A stretch of 64,000 bases of DNA. Source: Camelus ferus (lineage: Eukaryota). The stretch is taken from positions 118,422,001 to 118,486,000 of the forward strand of contig NC_045697.1 of the NCBI RefSeq assembly GCF_009834535.1. Direction: 5' to 3'. The notes beneath the pieces were generated by a model. It ran no database searches, was not told where the DNA came from, and saw only the letters and a program-made list of their open reading frames with translations. Shown piece by piece: positions 26,850 through 41,400 of the stretch (positions are counted from its first letter, which is position 1; every line of letters starts with the position of its first letter). Position numbers and translations under genes: made by a program.

Positions 26850-27345
26850 ACCGGGCAGACAGGAGGAGGAGAGGGAGGAGGGTCCAGAAGATGGTGTTAT
26901 TCCAGCCTCCAGCAAGAAACGAGTGCCAGCAAGAAACCAGTTAGAACCCGACAGTCACAACTGTACGGTGGTGACAAGGACCTGAGCACACATGACCCAG
27001 TGCTCACTGTATTATAGTGAACACCGCGGCTTGGCCCCACCCCCTCCACGGGCTTCTCTGCGTGCACCATGGCTAAGGACAAGCGCCAAGGGGCAAACAC
27101 GGCTGAGCACTCCAGGGGCAAGAGCTGCCAATCAAGCAAGAGACCCCCCTCTAAGCCAGGGTATGGGGGGGGGGGACAGAAACCACCCTTTCCCCCTCTC
27201 GGATCAGCCCGCCTCCCGTTCTTCCAGGTGCACTTTTCCTTTCCTGAATAAATCTTTCGCTACACAATACACCGGCTCCTGACTGTAATTGTATCTTTCA
27301 AGTGTGACAAGAGCTGGGGTCTTTCCTCTTCTTTTGGGGGTTACA
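26850..27345 (+). mobile_element. Probable LTR remnant
   Basis: AATAAA at ~27247 followed by U5-like text ending gggggttaca; family not assigned. Confidence 0.4.
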
Positions 27346-27849
27346 GTACTAGTGCCATGCCACTGGATTCACTTCAGAATCACAGCCCTGAACCTCAGGT
27401 GGTCTGTGCACATTGCGGGAACGTCAGACGATGCATTCCCAGACCATCCGCTCTACCCCTCTCTCTCAGCCGTCTGCCCCTCTCTCTCTCCTGCCCCATT
27501 TATAATCTCAGCTGATGATTTTAATCACATGTTCACTGAGAAATCTGAAACACTCAGAGGAGTATTTCCGTTTTGACTTCCATCCCTCCTGACGTGTCTT
27601 CCCACACACTCTGTCCCCGCCCCTTGCTGCCCAGACCAGAGTCCTACCAGCCTCTCCACATGCATGTTCCGTCGTCATCCACCCTGACTCCTCACAAACT
27701 TTGCTCCAACTGTCAAGCCCTCTTTCTCCCACATCCTCACGTTCTCACTCCTGTGTGTGGTACCTGTAAGCTTTCAAGGGTGCTATTATTTCTGAAACTT
27801 ATGAGAATTTTTATCCATCACACCTTGCGTGTCTTCACTGTTTTCATCG

Positions 27850-29175
27850 TTCTGAAACTAAAAGTTCCCAAGAGAGTTGGTGATGTGCACTGTCTCAACT
27901 TTTCTCCTTGAATTCTCTCGGCACTACTGGAATGGTAGCCCCATCGCTTCTCTAGAGTTGCCACGTTGCTAAACTCAGGGGTCAGTGTTCACGCCTCATC
28001 TTGCCGGAACCATCAGCAGCATCTGACACGGTTTGTCACTCTCTCAGCAGGATTAGCTTTCCTCATTTGGCATCAAGATTATCTCACTCTCACTGGTCAC
28101 CCCTGTTGGCCTTTCCTTTTCCCACAAATTTTAAAATTGGAGATTCAGGGGCCACCCTGTCTTCTCTAGAGAAGCTCCCTGCCTGGGTGACTCATTCTCA
28201 TGGCCTTAAATACCACCCATCTGCCACTGATTGCCGATGTCTATCTCCAGCCCAGACCTCCTTTCTGAACTCCAGACTCCAGTCCTCAAATGCCTACTCA
28301 ACATCTCTACATGGATGTCTCGTAGACATTGCAAACTCAGCAGATCCAGAACAGAGCTGGGCTTTCCCTGTCCACAACATCTACTCTACAGGAAGCCTTC
28401 TTGATCTCATTGGGAGCAATTCCATCCTTCTAGTTGCTCAGGTCAAAAATCCTCACATCATCCTCAACTCTGATCTCTTTCTTACAACTCACGTGCAATT
28501 CACAAGGAAACCCTTTCGGCTCGACCTTCAAATATGTATGAAGAATCTAATAACATCTTGCACATTTTCCATCACCCACTCACCACCTGTTCCTCTCCTC
28601 ACAAAGTCTCTGTACCTTAAGGGAGAATTAATGCAAATTAGACCATGCCACTCATTTTTAAAAGACTTGTGAAAATTCTCTATCTCATAAACATAAAAGA
28701 CGAAATCCTGACAATGGCCTACAAGCACAGCATTGTGTGTCCGCCACCAGCCTTCTCATCTCTGCTTTCTCCCTGGAGCAAGGAGCTTCCACCCGGGACC
28801 TTGGCTGTAGCTACGCAGTGGCTGGAACGTCCTTCTCTCCTTGAGTAACTCCTTTCCTGCCTTCAAGACTCTGTTTGCATTTCACCTTCCCAAGGACGCC
28901 TGCACTGATCACCTCATTCGTTACCATAATCCATGCCGTCTCCTCAGACTGAGCACCCTTGACCTCTCCTGCCACGTTTTACTTCCTTTTCTTTTTCTAG
29001 CACATTTCACTCTGTAACTCATCAGGTAACTGCTTGCTGAGTAGGTTTATTGTCCCCTCCTGCCATACTAGCAGGTCCACAAAATCAGCATCTCTGTCTT
29101 GCTCGTGGATGCAGCCTATTCAGCTCGAAGCATGTCTGGACCACATGAGGTACTCTGTCTTCATTGGATGAAGAC
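27850..29175 (+). mobile_element. L2 LINE, RT region and 3' end
   Basis: ORF 28001..28672 contains degenerate L2 RT motifs (SAASDTVCH ~ SAAFDTVDH; HGLKYHPSATD ~ HGFKYHLYADD); L2-like text continues to ~29170. Confidence 0.8.
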
Positions 29176-29505
29176 AGTTATCCCCAGGAATTTAACGCTA
29201 AACCCAAGTACAGCGTAAAAATATTGCCCATGATTTTTGACCTGCTGTAAACATGACAAAGATTTGGGCCTTATGTGGTGACACAGATTTCATGAATTAT
29301 TTCTGCCACCTTCTGCCTCTGTGCTGGAACTCTTCCTCATGGTCATATGTATTCTGCATAGAGCTGCGGAAAAATTCCATCTCCCACAGAAACTCACTTT
29401 TGAAAACTAGACTCTGTCATTAGGCTTCAGATTCCTTTTTGTTGCCAAGGAAACCCACAGCTTTTAGCAAAACCTCAGTTAAAAATACACCTCATTTCCC
29501 TCCAG

Positions 29506-29958
29506 TGTGTGGCCTCGTTTCCTCGTTTCCTGCTATACCGATTTACCCCAAGTGTGACGGCTTACAACAATAGAAATAAATGTATTCTCCTCCAGTTCTC
29601 CCAAAGTCCTAAATGCGGGCGCTGCCGGGACCACACTCCCCCAGGCTCCAGGGAAGGTTCTCCCAGCTTCTCCCAGCATCTGGTGGCTCGCGGAGCTCCC
29701 TGACTAATGAGAGCATCACTCCAGTCGCTCCTCCATCTCCACACAGCTGTGTTCTCTGCAAGTCCGTGTCCAAATCTCCTTCTCTGTTCTCTGTAAAGAC
29801 AGCAGTCACTGGACTTGGGACCCACCCCAAATCCAAGACTACTTCACCTTGAGATACTTCACTAATCACGTTGCCAGAGACTCTGCTTCCAAATAAGGTC
29901 ACATCTGAGGTCCTGTGGGGGGACCTGAGTGTGGGGGAACACTGCTCATCCCACTGCA
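29506..29958 (-). mobile_element. MaLR LTR (MLT1-like)
   Basis: ggcttacaacaatagaaat...ccaaataaggtcacatctgagg...catcccactgca, the reverse of a typical MLT1 LTR. Confidence 0.8.
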
Positions 29959-31373
29959 GTGTGTGAAATCCACATGGGAAAACTCAGTCATTTACGTTAC
30001 ATGATCTCTGACGGTCTGTGCCTCTGGAATGTTCCACCTTAAACATGTGCCACCTTGGAGTTCACTTCGCTTTCTTTTTGGAAGATGCACTGAGCACACA
30101 ACTTCTAATCCTTCTTTAGTGTAGTCCCCAGAGGTAGGAAAATGATGGCAAATCAAGTTCTAAGTAGTTGGAAGGCAGGCCCATTTCCCCCAAATGTCCT
30201 GTGGCACAAACAGGTAAGAGTTCAGAGCTGAGAAAACAGACAGGAACATAAAAGTGCCAGTAGAATGTTTGGGTAACTTGACCCTTTCCCGGCAACCTTG
30301 ACCCACTGTGTCATGTACGGTGCAGACACAGGATTTTGCAACCTCCGGGGCCTGCAGGTTAAGCATTAGTGGAGTCCTTCCCCCTACCTAGGCCAATTAC
30401 AGGAACATTTTCAATACCATGAGGAATACCGCAGAGGTGTTTAAACAGAGGCTGTTTCCCTGATGGTGTGGCAGCAGGAGGGCAAACAGAAACCTCCCAC
30501 AGCCCCGGCCAATAGCCGGTTCCAGCAGAGACTGGAGCGGGGAGCGCGCAGGCAGGATCCCCAGGGCTTTCATTCTCAGAAGGCTGAACACACCAGCTGG
30601 GGTGGGCTTTTTGAATGTGTAAACAGTTAGGCTATATCCGATGTTCATTTAATATACGTCCGCTAATGAGGGTGTTACAGATATGTACATTTTCCTGTGT
30701 ATATTTCTCCCATATGTGTTACCAGACAGTTGCTTCCTGTACTTAAAGGTCCAAGGATGAACATTCATTCAGTCAGCCCATGAAAACACAAATCAGAGCG
30801 ATTCTGTTTGGCTAACAAGTCCAACACCTTATTGAAGACACTCAGAAACAGGATAAACAGAAAGTCTGGGGGTCACCTTCGTGTTGACTCAAGAAGTTTT
30901 GTTTCTAGATTATCTGCTAAAAAAGTATGAAATAAACATAGTGAAGGAAATTGAGTTACTTAAAGGGAAAATCCAAAAGTTAGCATGTCTGCATGTTGTT
31001 TTACCCCACTTTTTATAAATAGCCACCCAAATAACTGATCGCTAAAATGATCGTAAACCAGACCTTCTCTTCCACAGCTGAGTATTTTGGTGATTGGAAC
31101 TGAATGATTCGAGTGGAAAGCATCGCAAGTTTATATCATCAAAGTAACAATGCTTTTCCTCTAAGATTCATGTTTTGAGTTACGAACTTTTAATAGCTAA
31201 CTGTGAAAAATCTGACAGTAGTAGAAACAGTAAACTTATTTCCGTTAGTCCCTCCAGAAAGGGTGCCAATTTAAAGAACTGTTTAAAATAGCAATCACGG
31301 GGATAAGTTTTAATGTACAGATTAATAAAATAATTCATTAATTTAAAAAATAAGAGAGATCAGAAGTTAAGCT

Positions 31374-31535
31374 CTTTTTTTATAACATTTTTTATTGATT
31401 TATAATCATTTTACAATGTTGTGTCAAATTCTAGTGTTCAGCACAATTTTTCAGTCATTCGTGGACATATACACACTCATTGTCACATTTTTTTCTCTCT
31501 GAGTTATCATAACATTTTGGGTATATTTCCCTGTA
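31374..31535 (-). mobile_element. L1 3'-end fragment
   Basis: Reverse complement matches the tail of the L1 at 18716-19175. Confidence 0.8.
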
Positions 31536-31539
31536 CAGA

Positions 31540-32367
31540 CGAGTGCCAACAAAAATACAGAAGGAAGATGGAGAATAGCATGCTTTTGTGAAGGTCATAA
31601 CAATTACTGATTCAGATAGGATTCAGTGATTTACGCTAAAATCACTGGGTGAAAGGTTGGGAAAAAGATACTCTAATCACAATGATTACTTATTAATTAC
31701 AAAAGGGAAAAGGCACATTTACAAAGGAGAACTCAGACTGACCACCTACGCCAGGAGATAAGACTTAACTGTTACCAACAGTAGGGGAAAGTGAGGTCAC
31801 AGCCTCTTGAGGACACACGTCGCCTGCATGGTTCTCCAGGGACCTCAGACACTTGACCTGAGCCTGATTATGACGCAGGAACCGGACAACCCCGAATCAA
31901 GGAGCATTCTGCAAAACGCCTGACAGGGAGTCTTCAAAAATAGCAGTGTAATGAGAAGACAAAAAAACAAGAATAAATTAATGGCTAGGGAACCGTTCTG
32001 GATTTAAAGTGAATAAACAGAAATGACAGGGGTGTGTAGTCCACATCCTTGATGGGATTTTGGATTGGGACATAAAACATAAGGTTTGATTGAGGAGAAT
32101 CTGGAAATATTCAGTACGGAATATATGCTAAATAATGGTGCTGTATCAAAACTAAGTTTTCTGAGTGAGATTTTTATATATTTCCATAAGAGGACAACCT
32201 TTTCCTTAAGCAATACGAGGATGGTTCATTTAGACGTGAAGACAAAGGAAATGTGGGAAAACAATAAAAATTAGACAATCACAGTATGGCATATATAGGG
32301 GTTCATCACTCAGTTTTGTCAACTTTCTGTAAGTTTGCACTTTTCAAAATACAAGTTTGGAAAAATT
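31540..32367 (+). mobile_element. Ancient L1 (L1MC/L1ME-like) 3' UTR
   Basis: ttacttattaattacaaaagggaaaa...caactttctgtaagtttgcacttttcaaaat; boundaries approximate. Confidence 0.6.
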
Positions 32368-35029
32368 ACAGTAATTTTATTACGTCATGATAGAGTGTGC
32401 ATAATGAAAAAATACAAGGTTAGGACAAACTTTTCATTCAATCAACAAATATTTATTGACTGCCTCCAATCTGCCAAATATTTTTCTACCCAGTTGGGTA
32501 GATCAACCAAAAACAGGCAGAGCCCTGCCTTCGTGGACTCTATGTTTTCTCCTCCTGTCTGAGCCTCCTCTGCTGTTAAATGTGTGAAGTGGGGGTGGCA
32601 GAAGGGCCGGACTTCTAGTAACACAAGCTCCCTTTCTGCACTAAATGCTGTCATTTCAGATCTGTGAACCATTTGCCTCGTATAGATATGATGCAGTGGC
32701 TAATTTCTTCCACTTAGTATTTTATTAAAAAGTATTTTATATATTGTCATGAACACACGACACTAATCCACAAAGCATAACAGAAAATCGTTATGACATA
32801 ACAGAAAAAGTTCTGATTTTGTGTTCTTACAAACCCAAAGTAAGACAGCACTGAATTATTTATTAAGAGCACTGAATTATTTATTATTTATTACTAATTA
32901 TTTATTTATTAAGTTGTGAGTTTGCTTTGTTTTTCTTTCCAAGATGATTAAGAAAAATGTCTACCTCCAATAAAAGCAGAAGTATCCTCTACCCTGTCTT
33001 CTTTGCAGACTCTGTACTCTCTATCAAATCTGTCTAAATCAAAAAGAAATTGCATCACTATTAACAGTTAATGCATTGCCCCAAATAGAAAGAATTTATT
33101 AATTTTAATTCAGAGCTGAATTTAAAAGTCGTAGCTAAAGAGGACCTTTTTTATATCTTTAGATATATGCTAATTCAATCAGATCAAAATTTTTATAAAA
33201 AAATAAGATTTTTTGAAGAACAGAATAAAAATGTGTTTGTACAACGGACACTGGACCAGAATATATGTCTCTAGATACTACATAAAATTCTTAATGTTGC
33301 TCATGCTCTGGATTCAAAAGCAAAGTCAGAGAAAGTGTTTTCCCCATCTGCTCTCTTTCCTTCATCTTTTACATTTAATCAGGACTCATGAGTGGCTTTC
33401 TGTGGTGGGTGCTACTTGGGCAAGGGTGGTAGGTGACAATTGTCCAGAACTCTCTAGATGCTCACTGGATTTGGTTTTGTCACGGAGTCCCCAGCCTTTA
33501 TGTTTGCGTGCACGTTAAGGAGTGGTGAAGGGAGAAATCTGATGATCTGTCTTTTGCCAAGTGCACTCACTGTGCAAATCCAGGGCTGTGGGTGGGGGAG
33601 GCACAAGCAAGAGGTGGGAGGTTGTGGTCCTTAATGAGAAATCTTAGGGGCCTGAGATGACAAGGATGCAGGGCTCTGAGTCCCAGCGGGGACGAGGAAG
33701 GCAAACGCGGGGCGGGGTGTCCTCGCTAGACAAAAATGCGGCTTGAATTTACTAAAAGTCGCCAATGGGGTGGAGCTGACCGGGAAGCATGCTTGAAACT
33801 GAGGAGATAAGGAGAAAAAGAAGAGATGTCGGGACATTCATTCCAAAGTAGAAGAGAGGTGGTGGGTATCAGAGCAGGGCCAGCACCGGGCTGCAAGCAC
33901 CATGTTTGAAAGTCACAGAAGAGAGGACAACTGAGCAAAGACAAGGTGCTCTTTAATATCATTCTCTGTCTAGCAGAGGCCAACAAGGAAGGAGCGGTCT
34001 TTCCTTTCTACCTGTTCCACTCTTTCCCCTCTTTGCACTAATACGGAAGTAATAGAGTCAAGAAGAGAGAAGAGAAAACATGACGTCATTGGTAAGAAAA
34101 TTTCTACTTACGCCTGAGCCTCGGTTAAATTGGGATGTGGATAAAATACAGCTTTCGAGGCTCTCTGTCTTTGTCTTGATTTCCCTCCCCGGATGTCGCC
34201 CCCAGGGCACCCCTGTCCCCACCTGCCCTGCTCTGAACTCTGCTAAGGACTCCACCCAAGAAGTTCTAATAGTGAGTAAGTGACGGGACAGGACACTGTT
34301 GTGTCACCTGCACAATGCTGCAGAAAGATGCTGAGAAGAAGGAAGGGAGGACCAGCAAGGGAAGGGAGGGAGGACAGATGAGTGAGAGGATGCCGGGTTT
34401 TCAGACTGTTACCAAGGTCATAATTAACCCTGAAGAAGAGATCTTTATTAAGGGAGAAATTCATCCATCGTAGGATTGAAATCTGTAACTTGATGGTTGG
34501 GGACGTCTTTCCAGACCTTCACTTACATCCCTTGAAGTCTCTTAGTTTGCTTCCATATAAGACTAGTTTTAACTCAGAGTCCTGAGTTTCCAAGAAAATA
34601 TACGCAACACACATAACCATGTTACTAGTTAGTAGCGATGTTATCTATAAAACATGACCACAGCAACTCTAAAAGGCTCCAAGCAGAGATACATGTAATT
34701 CCTTAATCGAGTCAAGAGATGGCGCCCTTCAGACACCATAATGTACATTCTCCAGTTTATTTGTTAATACAATGAATTCTAGTAATTTCTCAAAAGTTGT
34801 TCCTGTGAATAAATGGTTAGCATTTGTGCTTTATTGAATTTGAATCCTTGCAGCACTCATTTCTTCACCAGGAGATATTTTCTGGTGTTTTATTTTGTCA
34901 TTTTCATCGATTATCATTTCTGTTTAAAACAGCTTCATCTGCCATTTATAAACTTCAACAAAGACAAGACGTCTCTACCTCCCAAATCCCATTCCAACTG
35001 CATTTTGATTCAAAGTGATACAAAGCGAG

Positions 35030-35345
35030 AGGAGAGATAAGAACCAAGGAGACTTTCTGCCAGGTGAGTTAGCTGAGTGTCAATTAGAGGTGATTCTAGA
35101 ACCACAATTATTTGTAAGAATCGTCCCTTTAATTCTGAGAAACCAATTTCCTTAATTACGTTTTTTTGATTTCCCTCCGTGAGAGCTTCTCCTTGATCAA
35201 TAAATGCCCATAGCTGGTTTGGCCCGCATTTTTGGTTTGCCGATTATGCGTTTTATGAGGTAAAACACAGCAACACAAACATTTAAATTGCCCCAGTTTT
35301 ACAACCTCAACTGCTGTCTTTTATATAAAGGTCACAAAATGAGTA
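35030..35345 (+). promoter_or_regulatory. ASIC5 proximal promoter
   Basis: TATATAAA at 35322-35329, about 75 nt upstream of the ATG, overlapping AAAGGTCA (nuclear-receptor half-site). GATA site AGATAAG at 35035-35041; ONECUT/CDX-like GATCAATAAA at 35195-35204. Motif matches only. Confidence 0.55.
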
Positions 35346-35401
35346 CAGTTACTGACGAAAATTGGTTACACCACCAGGACTCCAGCTTGCTGAAACTGGA
35401 A

Positions 35402-35441
35402 ATGGAGCATACTGAGAAATCAAAAGCTCATGTTGGAGAAG
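35402..35441 (+). CDS. ASIC5: ASIC5 coding exon 1 ([13 protein letters not shown])
   Basis: gaaATGG Kozak; G|gtgggt donor; 40 nt; phase fits exon 2. Confidence 0.9.
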
Positions 35442-38400
35442 GTGGGTAAAAGGTAAAATCCCCAGAACAGTTACAATTTGCATCCCTAAAAGCTAGAAAT
35501 TAGCAACAGAAAGGGGACTTCTATTTGTCACTGTGGAAATTTGATCTCCGATATTGCTCGGGTATAGTATGAGTAACAGCAGGAGAGTAATGTGTACGAG
35601 GGAGTCGCGTGTATGTAGTTTCACAGTGTTACTCCATGCTAGGCTGCCTTTTGGTTTTATTTTGTCGTGTTTTGTTGGTTTCTATTTATCATGTGCCTAC
35701 AGTTTTCGGTTTAAAATACAGCAGAACTTGTTTCATGTTCCTCGAAGTGCTTCTGTGAAGAAGAAGGGTTCAGTTCCAGAGCACTGGCTGTGATTGCATA
35801 GTACACACTTCCAGCCGGGAGGGTGAGGCGTCGCCGGCTCGCAGGCTGGCAGGCTCTGCGTTACACCAATCCTGATCTCCCCAACAGCACATCACCTTGT
35901 CTCTTTACCTTCCACCTAAAACAATATTGTTTTAAGAACTCTTTCGAAACCCTTAGCAAGTGATTGAGAACATGCCGGGAAAGCCAAGGTAATCGTCAAG
36001 GAGTAAATTTATATTCAAGGAGCTGGGTCTTGACAGATCAACTTGAAATTTATATTTTCAGGGTAATGCTTCCAACCAGCCATACTTTGGCTGATCAATT
36101 ACTGATGACTCAGTTACTCTTCCCCTGTGGTGGGAAGGGTGTCAGATACGAGAGGCCGGGTTGGCCTTCTGTCAGACTCAGTTCTTCACAGGTCTTTGTA
36201 GCCAGTGGCTAAATTATACATAAAAGAGCATTATTAAATTTATTTTGCTTATGGATAATAACCATAACTTTTCTTACATTTCTGATTTTGCTCTGGGACT
36301 GTGCAGTTACTTTATACATATATATCTCTTAATTCATTTTTTTTTTAAAAATCAGTATATGCAAATTTTATTTACAAACCAGAACCAGACTCACAGAAAA
36401 AGAAGAAAAACTGTGGTTCCCAAGAGGGAAAGGAGCTGAGAGGGATGGGTTAGGAGTTTGCGATTAGCAGACACACACTACTGTATATAAAATAGATAAA
36501 CAACAAGGGCCTATTTTATAGCACAGGAAACTGTATTCAGTTTTTTGTAATAACATGTAATACAAAAGAATATGAAAAATACATATGTATGTACATGTAT
36601 AACTGAGTCGCTTTGCTGTACACCTGAAGCTAGCATTGTAAATTGACTACACTTCAATAAAAAATAAAAATTAAATTTTTAAGAACCCAGTATGGGGAGA
36701 AAGTATAAAATCTTAGTTCAAAGTCAAGCTAACCAGATTAACACACAATTTCCTGCTTGGTGTACAGCCTCTATAAAATAATCAGAATATAATTTGTAAC
36801 TGCGTCCTAGCACTTTGCAGATGAAACGGAGTCCCTTAGGAAACGTATATATCTTGTATGTATCACTATATACCTCATGACTTAACTTTAGCTAATTGAC
36901 TAGACTTATGAAATATTAGATGATGATTTAATGAAACCCTTTAGAAGTGCATTCATGCTGAGCAGTTGACAGAAACAATACTTTCTGAATTGAAGTAAAG
37001 GATATACAAGTTAATTCACCAAGTTACCAGCATTTGTGAGACCATTAAGAACTCAACTCTTAGATGAGAATTTTAGACAGTGTTTAAAAATCCTTGAGTA
37101 TTTTGCCATTTATCACATCACTACTAAATGAGCAGAGTGACAAAAATATCTAATAGGAATTGAGGATCTGTCCTGGCCCGGGTAACATGCTAAGCCACCC
37201 ACCCATTCATTTAATATTCACAACAAACTCGTGAGGCAGAGGCTGTTACTTCCATCTGACAGAAGAGAAACGGAGTCTTAGGAAGATTGAAAAATTGGCT
37301 AAAGTAGCACATGTCACTGTGCCTGGGCCAGAAGCTAAGTTTTTAAAGATTAAGAGTTGTCGAAAGCAACCCATTCAGGGTGGATTGATTGAAACCGAAA
37401 ACACCAGCACATTAAGACGATGGCGCCAAGAGGTTTGCATCAGCAAGAAGCATCCTCTGAAGAGCATCGGCATGTTCTCATTAGACCCCTGCAGTCAGCA
37501 CTTCTATTTCTTGACCCCAAATGAGCCATGCAACTCAAGGTGAATTCTGAGTCCTCATGCAGGCACATAAAAGGATAACGTGTTTAAACTTACGTGGGTC
37601 TTGTTTTTCACATGTAGCATTAGGGTTTCCTAACTCATTACCTTTTTGTTTGTTTTATTATTTTTAAATCTCAGGACTCTTGCAAAAGATAAGGCTCTAC
37701 CTTTCAGAGAAATCTCTACCATCTCCCAGTGACCGAGAGAAGCTGGACCACGACTTTGCCACCTCCACTTCCTTCCACGGTGTACACAACGTTGTCCGCA
37801 ACCGGAGCAGAATTCGCAAGGTGGTCTGGTTGGCGGTGGTCCTGGGCTCGGTCTTGCTGCTGGTCTGGCAGATCTACGGTCGCCTGATCCACTATTTCAC
37901 CTGGCCCACCACGACGTCCGTGGAGGTTCAGTACGTGGAAAATATAGAGTTCCCGGCTGTGACGTTTTGCAATTTAAACAGGTAAAAACTACTCTTTCAA
38001 TAATAACAAGTCTCCATAACTTCACTAGTATAACTTTTCTTGGATGACTGAAATAGAGTTTATTATGTGATATTTAATATACATAAGACTATTGAAGTTC
38101 TTATATTGTCCTTAAAAACACACATTCAGGGGCAAAGAAGCTGACTGATTTCTTCTTTATTTTCCCTCTTTTCCTTCTTTCTTTCCTTCCACAATTATAT
38201 GCTAGGCAAAGCACCAAACCCTGTGGTTACACAGATGTATAAGTCTTCATCCTTGCATTTAAAAAGCTTGTTAATTAGTAAAAAGGAAAGAAATATCAGT
38301 AATCACAAGGCGATATGTGTGGTAACTGTTCGTTACACTCAAGGTGTGTGCAGGGGCTCTGAGAGAACAGAGGACAGGGGACAGTCTCTGTCTGTGTCCT

Positions 38401-41400
38401 GGAAGTCTGGGTGTCAAACGATGGCCAGTGTGCAGGGGGGACCAAGAGGGAACCGCTGTGCAAAGGATGGAGACATGAGATCTCTGATGTGTTCGGGACA
38501 AGGTACTTACTCGAAGAGAAGCACAGCCAGCTCCCAGGGTGTGTGACCTGTGCACGCACTTGGTTCAGTGCTCTGCTGTTTGGGGGGCCTTGACCACAGC
38601 TCCCTCCAGAAGAGTGCAGTTTGCTGCCTGTGCGCCAGGTCTCCTGTGGGGAGGGCAGCCTTCCCACACGAGATCTTCCATGAAGAGCCTTGTAACCGCC
38701 TGTGGTCAACTTGAACAACCACAGGTAGGAGGTGCGCCTTGGGGCAGGGACGTGGTTTCCTTCAGATCCACCACTAATGGGCTATTTTGACCATCGGCCA
38801 GTCATTACAGCTTTTTAAGCATCAATTTGTGTAGGTAAGAAATGACATGATGTCATCTACATTACACGTTTGCTGTTCCGTGAGATGAGGTGATACAGAC
38901 ACCAGTTGTGCCATCCTGGGCGTTCTTTGGACAGGTGTTCAATATGCACTAGATACTACAGCTTGTTTGTGTGGTCGTTAGATATGTATCGAGGTATATA
39001 TCAAGGTTCCAAAGAGTCAATCAAATGCCTCCCTAAAGAGTTTCAATGCTATTGCCCCATGGTATTTTAAATGGTATGTGTTCTAACGAAAGCAAAGATT
39101 GGTTAGAGTGATGGAAATGCTAGCTATCTTGATTGTGGTAGTGGTTTCATTGGTGTATATACACCTATCAAAATCCATCAGATTACACATCTGAAATATG
39201 TGTAGTTTACAGGAACCATAACACAATAAAGGTGTTAAAAAAAAAAAAGAATCCATAGCCATTAAAAAAAGCAAAGATTCGTTGAAAATATCCTTCATTA
39301 AAGGGAAAGGCCTGTGTTATTTTGTGAATGGCGGTATGAGGGCCCTCAGAGGTCTTTTCCCAGAGAAACAACCATAATTGGTGAATTTTATTTAAAAAAA
39401 TCAACCATTTAGAAGTTAATCACCAAAATATAGAAGGAGTTCCTACAACTCAATAGCATAAAACAAAAACAAAACTCCTAAGAACTCAATTTAAAATGTA
39501 CTCAAGACTTGAATAGACACTGTTCCAAAGAAGGCTTACAAATGGCCAGCAGGTATATGAAAAAATGCTCAGGGTCACAAAGCGTCAGAAAAATGCAAAT
39601 CAACACCACAATTAGATATCACCTCACACCTATCAGACGGCCATTATCAAAAAAACAAAAGGACAACAAATGTTGAGGAGGATGTAAAAACCTTGGAACC
39701 CTTGCACACTGTTGGTGGGAATGCAAAATGGTGCATCTGCTACGGAAAGCGGGATGGAGGTTCCTCAGGAAATTGAAAACAGATCTACCATATGATCTAG
39801 CAATCTCACTCCTAAGTCTTTATCCAAAAGAATTCAAATCAGGATCTTGAAAAGATATTAACACTCCCATAGGCATTGCCTAAGATCTAGACACAATCTA
39901 CATGCACACTGGCAGACAAATGGACAAAAGAAAAGTCGAATGTGCACAAAGTGGAATAGTATTCAGCTGTTAGAACAAAGGAAATTCTGTAAAATGAGAC
40001 CATGTGCATCAACCTTCAGGATGTTATGCTAAGTTAAATAAGCCAGTAACAGAAATGCATATACTGCGTGACTGCACTTACGTGAGGTGTTGGATATAGT
40101 CAAATTCATAGCGCCACAGAGTGCAATGTGGCTGCCAGGGCCTGGGGGCGAGGGTAATGGAAGCAAGGAGTTTCTGGTCAAAGGGCACAGAGTTTCAGTT
40201 AATTAGGACGCATGAGTTCTAGAGATGTGCTGTAGAGCACTGTACCCACACTCAGCTTCACTGCACTGCACACTTCCAATGTTAGGAGGACCGATCTGCT
40301 AAGTATTCTTATCACAGGAGGTAACCCTTTTTAAAATTTAGCAGAAAAAAGAGAAAATTATTATATCTACTACAATAATTAGAATATCATAAAGTGTACA
40401 TATATATATGTGTGCACGTATACACAACCACTTAAAGTATCTGGAAATTGTCCTCAGGGGATACAGAGAATGCAGAAATACTTACTCAAGAAAATGCATG
40501 CAATTGCAACAAGAACATGCAGAGTCTACAGAACTTGAGTCACAAACCACTCCTTCCTTCCCCGTTTCTGTCTCAGTGTGACAGAAGCTCCACTCCAGGT
40601 GGGTTTGACCAGGAAGACGGGGCTCCTTCTCCTCCCAGTTTCCAGTCGAGGGCTCCCTGTGCCTTGGCGGATGCAGGCTGTCAACATTCCCCATCCAATC
40701 CCTCTCTGTGTCGCAGAGGCTGAATTCCAGACGAGTACAGTTAGGCGGCTGGAGGCTCCCTTCCTTAAGGGACCCCTGCTTATGAGGCAGAAGCTCTATC
40801 TAGGGTGTGGTAGGTTGAAATAATCACCCTCATCTCCACCTGCCCAAGGATGGAGGTTCTGCACTGAGAGAGACAAAGTCAGAAGACCATATGCCACACC
40901 CCTGCTCAGAACCCTCCTTGTAAATATTTTGCCTGGAGGGAAAGGCAGGCCATGAGGCTCTCCCTAAGGGAATTCCGCTTAGAACAGAGCGTGGCGAAGT
41001 TCGCCTTGGCCTGTAACAGAGAACTTGTAAAGTTCAAGTCCAAGGGTGCTCTCAAAAACACCACAGATGTTGATGGTAAACAACCAAAATGAGGCTAGTA
41101 AGTCCATAAAAAGAACAAGATAAACCACAGCCTAGCTAGTTTTACAGTGGGAATCCAAGAAAGAGGAGTCCTCCTGGGGTCAGAAGAATGTTCGAAGACT
41201 GGTCTGAAAATCTGCTGTGAAAAGGCCCAAATTTAACTACCTTACACGCTGAAGCAACTTATGCCCCAGGATATTATTAAAGACAACAGAACTGAAGAGA
41301 ATGAAAAGACAACCCACAGAATGAGAAAAATAATTGCAAAAGATGTATCTGGTAAAGAACTCATCAAGAACATACAAAGAGTGATTAAACCTTAAAAATT

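Noticed and set aside
28001..28672. Longest ORF in the window (223 aa) as a novel gene
   Set aside because: It lies in an L2 relic, with degenerate RT motifs (catalytic YADD lost) and a non-ATG start.
32847..32912. Short agcactgaattatttatta duplication with TTAT repeats
   Set aside because: Ordinary slippage in AT-rich DNA with no functional indication.
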